64,000 nt of DNA, from assembly GCF_011045215.1 (NCBI RefSeq), contig NZ_CP049201.1; one strand, 5' to 3'. This DNA comes from Escherichia coli (GTDB lineage Bacteria > Pseudomonadota > Gammaproteobacteria > Enterobacterales > Enterobacteriaceae). The notes under the pieces were generated by a model that ran no database searches, was not told the DNA's origin, and was given only the letters and a program-made list of their open reading frames with translations. Below are positions 59,295 through 64,000 of this stretch, one piece after another; within the stretch, counting starts at the first letter, position 1, and every line of letters begins with the position of its first letter. The translations under genes and the position numbers were made by a program.

Positions 59295-60044
59295 ATGTCC
59301 TTGCCGTCGATTCCATCCTTTGTATTGTCGGGATTACTGTTGATTTGTTTGCCGTTTTCTTCATTTGCCAGCGCCACCACATCACATATCTCTTTCAGCT
59401 ACGCCGCCCGCCAGCGGATGCAAAACCGTGCGCGTTTATTAAAACAGTACCAAACCCATCTGAAAAAACAGGCCAGCTATATTGTGGAAGGCAATGCCGA
59501 AAGCAGAAGGGCGCTACGCCAGCACAACCGGGAGCAGATAAAACAGCATCCAGAATGGTTTCCTGCACCGCTCAAGGCGAGTGACAGACGCTGGCAGGCG
59601 CTGGCGGAAAACAACCACTTTCTAAGCAGTGACCATCTGCATAACATCACCGAAGTGGCGATTCACCGCCTGGAACAGCAACTTGGCAAGCCTTACGTCT
59701 GGGGCGGCACGCGGCCCGATAAAGGCTTCGACTGTAGCGGGTTGGTTTTTTATGCCTACAACAAGATCCTTGAGGCTAAGCTCCCGCGCACAGCCAATGA
59801 GATGTATCACTACCATCGGGCAACGATTGTGGCGAACAACGACCTGCGCCGGGGAGATTTGCTGTTTTTCCATATTCACAGTCGTGAGATTGCCGACCAT
59901 ATGGGGGTGTATCTGGGCGACGGTCAGTTTATTGAGTCAACGCGCACCGGGGAAACCATTCGGGTATGTCGGTTAGCTGAACCTTTCTGGCAGGATCATT
60001 TTTTAGGCGCGCGGCGGATTTTGACGGAGGAGACGATTTTGTAG
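59295..60044 (+). CDS. yafL: NlpC/P60-family peptidase lipoprotein
   Basis: Start taken at the internal Met (MSLPSIPSFVLSGLLLICL...); NlpC/P60 catalytic Cys context (GFDCSGLVFYAY) and His (HMGVYLG). Confidence 0.85.
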   Translation: MSLPSIPSFVLSGLLLICLPFSSFASATTSHISFSYAARQRMQNRARLLKQYQTHLKKQASYIVEGNAESRRALRQHNREQIKQHPEWFPAPLKASDRRWQALAENNHFLSSDHLHNITEVAIHRLEQQLGKPYVWGGTRPDKGFDCSGLVFYAYNKILEAKLPRTANEMYHYHRATIVANNDLRRGDLLFFHIHSREIADHMGVYLGDGQFIESTRTGETIRVCRLAEPFWQDHFLGARRILTEETIL

Positions 60045-60125
60045 GACGGATAAGGCGTTTACGCCGCATCCGGCAATTGTGCGCGGATGCCTGATGCGAC
60101 GCTGACGCGTCTTATCAGTATCTAC
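60045..60125. repeat. REP palindromic repeats upstream of rayT
   Basis: GGCGTTTACGCCGCATCCGGCA..TGCCTGATGCGACGCTGACGCGTCTTATC REP-type units. Confidence 0.8.
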
Positions 60126-60220
60126 AAATTTGTGCGTTTTTGCGAGCTGCTTTCCCGTTATTCCATCACCTCATTGTCGACCTTTCCTTTTCCTCTTACC
60201 GTTGAGAAAAAGGAGTCGCT

Positions 60221-60718
60221 ATGTCGGAATATCGTCGTTATTACATCAAGGGGGGAACATGGTTTTTCACGGTAAATTTACGGAATCGTCGAAGCCATCT
60301 TCTGACCACCCAGTTCCAGACGCTCCGTAACGCCATTATTAACGTTAGGCGAGACAGACCTTTTGAAATTAACGCCTGGGTCGTTTTGCCGGAGCATATG
60401 CATTGCATATGGACATTACCCGAAAGCGATGATGATTTTTCCTCTCGCTGGCGGGAGATTAAAAAGCAATTCACCCATGCTTGTGGATTGAAAAATATCT
60501 GGCAACCGCGTTTTTGGGAGCATGCCATTCGTAATACAAAAGACTATCGCCATCATGTTGATTATATTTATATAAATCCAGTGAAACATGGTTGGGTAAA
60601 GCAGGTGAGTGATTGGCCATTCTCAACGTTCCATCGCGATGTAGCGCGAGGGTTATATCCCATCAATTGGGCGGGAGACGTTACGGATTTGAGTGCCGGG
60701 GAGCGTATTATTTTATAA
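60221..60718 (+). CDS. rayT: REP-associated tyrosine transposase (RAYT, HUH superfamily)
   Basis: 165-aa ORF with the HUH motif (PEHMHCIW) and conserved Tyr region; flanked by REP arrays on both sides. Confidence 0.88.
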   Translation: MSEYRRYYIKGGTWFFTVNLRNRRSHLLTTQFQTLRNAIINVRRDRPFEINAWVVLPEHMHCIWTLPESDDDFSSRWREIKKQFTHACGLKNIWQPRFWEHAIRNTKDYRHHVDYIYINPVKHGWVKQVSDWPFSTFHRDVARGLYPINWAGDVTDLSAGERIIL

Positions 60719-60721
60719 TTG

Positions 60722-61135
<414 letters not shown>

Positions 61136-61137
61136 TC

Positions 61138-62865
61138 TTACATCAACGCCCCCATAATCTTCAACTCCAGCTCGTCCGGCACTTCATTATACGACAGCAC
61201 ATGCAGTCCCGGCGCAAACAATCTCGCATAGCGCGCCAGCAAAGGGCGAAGCTGCGGCGGCACCAGCAGCACCGGGTCTTTCCCCGCCGCTTTCATCTGC
61301 TCTTTTACCTGCGGCATCGTGTTCTGGAACTGGTTGAGCATATTCGGGTCGACCGGCACGCTGTCGAGCATCACTTTCCCGCCCTGTTGCGCCTGATTCA
61401 CCACGTTGGTCAGCAGATTTTCCAGCTCATTATTCAGCGTATACACCGTCAGCTCCTGCTTGCGAACAAACGGATGGGTAATGCTGCGCCGCAGCGCCAG
61501 GCGCACATCGGCTGCCAGCAGAATATGATCTTTGGTCACCGCGCTACTGGCGACCAGCACGGTGGCGATGGTGACGATATCGCGCAGGGAAACGCCTTCA
61601 GTCAGCAGCGCCCGGTACACTTTCAGCAACTGGCTGTAATTGAGCGCCGCGCTTAAATCCTCCGCCAGGCGCGGTGCCATCGACGACAAACGATTATGCA
61701 ACTGCGTAATATCATCATAGTTAAACAAATCAGGAATATAGCTACGCACAATCTTATTCACATGGGTGGCAATCACGCTGGCGCTGTCGATCACCTGATA
61801 CCCCATATTCAGCGCCTTCGCTTTCTGCGCGGGCTGGATCCAGGTCACCGGCATCCCATACGCCGGGTCGTTCCCCAGCACGCCGTCTATCTCGCCGTAG
61901 GTTTCGCTGGAGGGCAGGGCCATCAGTTTATCCGCCGGAATATCCGCTTCATCAGCCTTTATGCCGTTGATGAAAATGGCGTACTGGCTGGGCTTAAGGC
62001 GGAAGTTTTCCCGAATGCGGATCTCCGGCAGCAGCACGCCGTTGCCGTCGGATATCACCTGCCGCACGCCGCGAATCCGCTGGGTGAGCGGGTTGCCCTG
62101 TGCTTTATCGACCAGCGCCACCAGCTTGTAACCGAGGCTTAAACTGATAGGCTCAATCAGCGGTATCGTTTCCCAACTGACCTGCTGCTCGCTGGTTTCG
62201 GTGATGGTGCGGGTCAGCGTTTCGAGGCTTTTCTCTTCCGCCTCCGCCGCCTGCGGGCGTTTGCTCATCCGCCAGCCGGTAAAGCCAAGCAGGGCGCTGA
62301 ACAGCAAAAATGGCAGGTGCGGCATTCCCGGCACCACCGCCAGCACGAACATAATTCCGGTGGCGGTGTAGAGCACCGACGGGCTCGCCAGCAACTGGTG
62401 GCGCACGTCATGGGCGATATCGCCGTTGTCGCTGACGCGGGTAACGATAATCGCCGCCGCGGTGGAAAGCAGCAGGGAAGGGATCTGCGCCACCAGCCCG
62501 TCGCCGATGGTCATCAGCACATACTGCTGGAAGGCGGCATCGGCGCTCAGGTTGTATTTAAATATCCCGATACAGACGCCGCCGATCAGGTTGATGGCCA
62601 GAATCATCATCCCGGCGATGGCATCCCCGCGCACAAACTTCGATGCCCCGTCCATCGCGCCGTAGAAATCGGCCTCGCTGGCGACATCTTTACGCCGGGT
62701 TTGCGCCTGCGCCTGGTTGATCAACCCGGCGTTAAGATCGGCGTCAATCGCCATCTGCTTGCCGGGCATCGCGTCCAGGGTGAAGCGGGCAGAAACCTCG
62801 GAAATACGCTCGGCCCCTTTGGTGACGACGATAAAGTTGATTGTAAACAGCGTCAGTAAATCCGA
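61138..62865 (-). pseudogene. lfhA: lfhA: N-terminally truncated FlhA-family (lateral flagellar export apparatus) gene, Flag-2 remnant
   Basis: Reverse-strand translation matches FlhA from about residue 95 (NFIVVTKGAERISEVSARFTLDAMPGKQMAIDADLNAGLI...FVRGDAIAG...) to the C-terminus; no N-terminal membrane region; the ORF continues upstream as antisense lafU. Confidence 0.8.
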
Positions 62866-63607
62866 GCGTGAAAGCATTATCGCCGCGCTGCACGGGCAGT
62901 CGATTTTCAACGGTGGCGGGCTGTCGCCGTTAAATAAAATCAGTCCGACGCATCCGCCGAAACCTGCCACCGTGGCGGTGCCGGAAGAGACGGAGAAAAA
63001 AGTGCGCGACGTCAACGAGAAAACGGCGCTGCTGAAGAAGAAATCCGCCACCGAGCTTGGCGAGCTGGCAACCAGTATCAACACCATCGCCCGTGATGCG
63101 CATATGGAAGCGAATCTGGAGATGGAGATTGTCCCGCAGGGATTACGCGTGCTGATTAAAGACGACCAGAACCGCAATATGTTTGAACGCGGCAGCGCGA
63201 AGATTATGCCGTTCTTTAAAACGCTGCTGGTGGAGTTAGCGCCAGTGTTCGACTCGCTCGATAACAAAATTATTATTACCGGGCATACCGATGCGATGGC
63301 CTACAAAAACAATATCTACAACAACTGGAACCTTTCGGGTGACCGCGCGCTTTCGGCTCGTCGGGTGCTGGAAGAGGCCGGAATGCCGGAAGATAAAGTG
63401 ATGCAGGTAAGCGCAATGGCGGATCAGATGCTGCTGGACGCCAAAAATCCGCAAAGCGCGGGCAACCGGCGCATTGAGATTATGGTGCTGACTAAAAGCG
63501 CGTCCGATACGCTGTATCAATACTTTGGTCAGCATGGAGATAAAGTGGTGCAGCCGCTGGTGCAAAAGCTGGATAAGCAGCAGGTGCTTTCACAACGAAC
63601 GCGCTAA
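62866..63607 (+). pseudogene. lafU: lafU: truncated MotB-like (lateral flagellar stator) gene retaining the OmpA-like C-terminal domain, Flag-2 remnant
   Basis: ORF 62717..63607 carries a MotB/OmpA-like peptidoglycan-binding domain (ITGHTDAMAY...NWNLSGDRALSARRVL...NRRIEIMV), but its first 50 or so codons are antisense lfhA sequence, so there is no genuine N-terminus. Confidence 0.75.
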
Positions 63608-63645
63608 ATGCTGAATCTTTACGCATTTCTCAAACCCTGAAATCA

Positions 63646-63661
63646 CTGTATACTTTACCAG
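63646..63661. promoter_or_regulatory. LexA box (SOS operator) of dinB
   Basis: CTGTATACTTTACCAG located about 17 nt upstream of the dinB start codon. Confidence 0.8.
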
Positions 63662-63677
63662 TGTTGAGAGGTGAGCA

Positions 63678-64000
63678 ATGCGTAAAATCATTCATGTGGA
63701 TATGGACTGCTTTTTCGCAGCGGTGGAGATGCGCGACAATCCCGCCCTGCGCGATATCCCTATTGCTATTGGCGGCAGCCGCGAACGTCGGGGGGTGATC
63801 AGCACCGCCAATTATCCCGCGCGTAAATTTGGCGTACGTAGCGCTATGCCGACAGGGATGGCGCTCAAATTATGCCCGCATCTCACCTTGCTTCCGGGGC
63901 GCTTTGACGCCTACAAAGAAGCCTCAAATCATATCCGTGAAATCTTCTCGCGCTACACCTCGCGCATTGAACCGTTGTCACTGGATGAAGCTTATCTCGA
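63678..64000 (+). CDS. dinB: DNA polymerase IV (Y-family), 5' part only (gene runs off the window end)
   Basis: [34 protein letters not shown]... (Y-family polymerase N-terminus with the DMDCFFA motif). Confidence 0.92.
   Translation, partial: MRKIIHVDMDCFFAAVEMRDNPALRDIPIAIGGSRERRGVISTANYPARKFGVRSAMPTGMALKLCPHLTLLPGRFDAYKEASNHIREIFSRYTSRIEPLSLDEAYL

Noticed and set aside
61138-63267. 709-aa ORF as an intact protein
   Set aside because: It is a chimeric read-through across the lfhA'/lafU' deletion junction. The N-terminal 130 or so residues are antisense MotB-like sequence with no FlhA homology.

Overview
This window reads as an Escherichia coli chromosomal segment with the K-12-like backbone metI'-metN-gmhB-rrnH-dkgB-yafC-yafD-yafE-mltD-gloB-yafS-rnhA-dnaQ-aspV ... 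yafV-ivy-fadE-gmhA-yafJ-yafK-yafQ-dinJ-yafL-rayT-lfhA'/lafU'-dinB', interrupted by a roughly 36 kb mosaic genomic island between tRNA-Asp (aspV, ~15.8 kb) and yafV (~52 kb). All calls come from reading the sequence and the supplied ORF translations against remembered protein families; no database search was run. The island holds: (i) a CP4-type prophage remnant with a CbtA/CbeA-family toxin-antitoxin pair and no integrase; (ii) an IS110-family transposase with an in-frame stop; (iii) an EAL-domain c-di-GMP phosphodiesterase and a 1403-aa type Va autotransporter; (iv) two tandem ToxR/ToxS-like membrane regulator pairs, an Ail/OmpX-like outer membrane protein and a LuxR-type regulator; (v) an IS3 copy, ISAs1 (H-repeat) fragments and an IS21-family insertion; and (vi) an orphan type VI secretion PAAR-VgrG island with two effector cassettes. 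The most interesting candidate is the first cassette: an AT-rich gene pair translationally coupled to the vgrG stop, encoding a 267-aa protein with an HExxH zinc-metallopeptidase-like motif followed by a 279-aa signal-peptide protein, a likely effector/immunity pair that I cannot place in a named T6SS effector family. A PAAR-vgrG deletion-fusion remnant just downstream suggests this cassette displaced an older vgrG upstream of the second cassette (DUF4123 adaptor, lipoprotein, DUF2235 Tle1-like phospholipase). No T6SS structural genes are present in the window.
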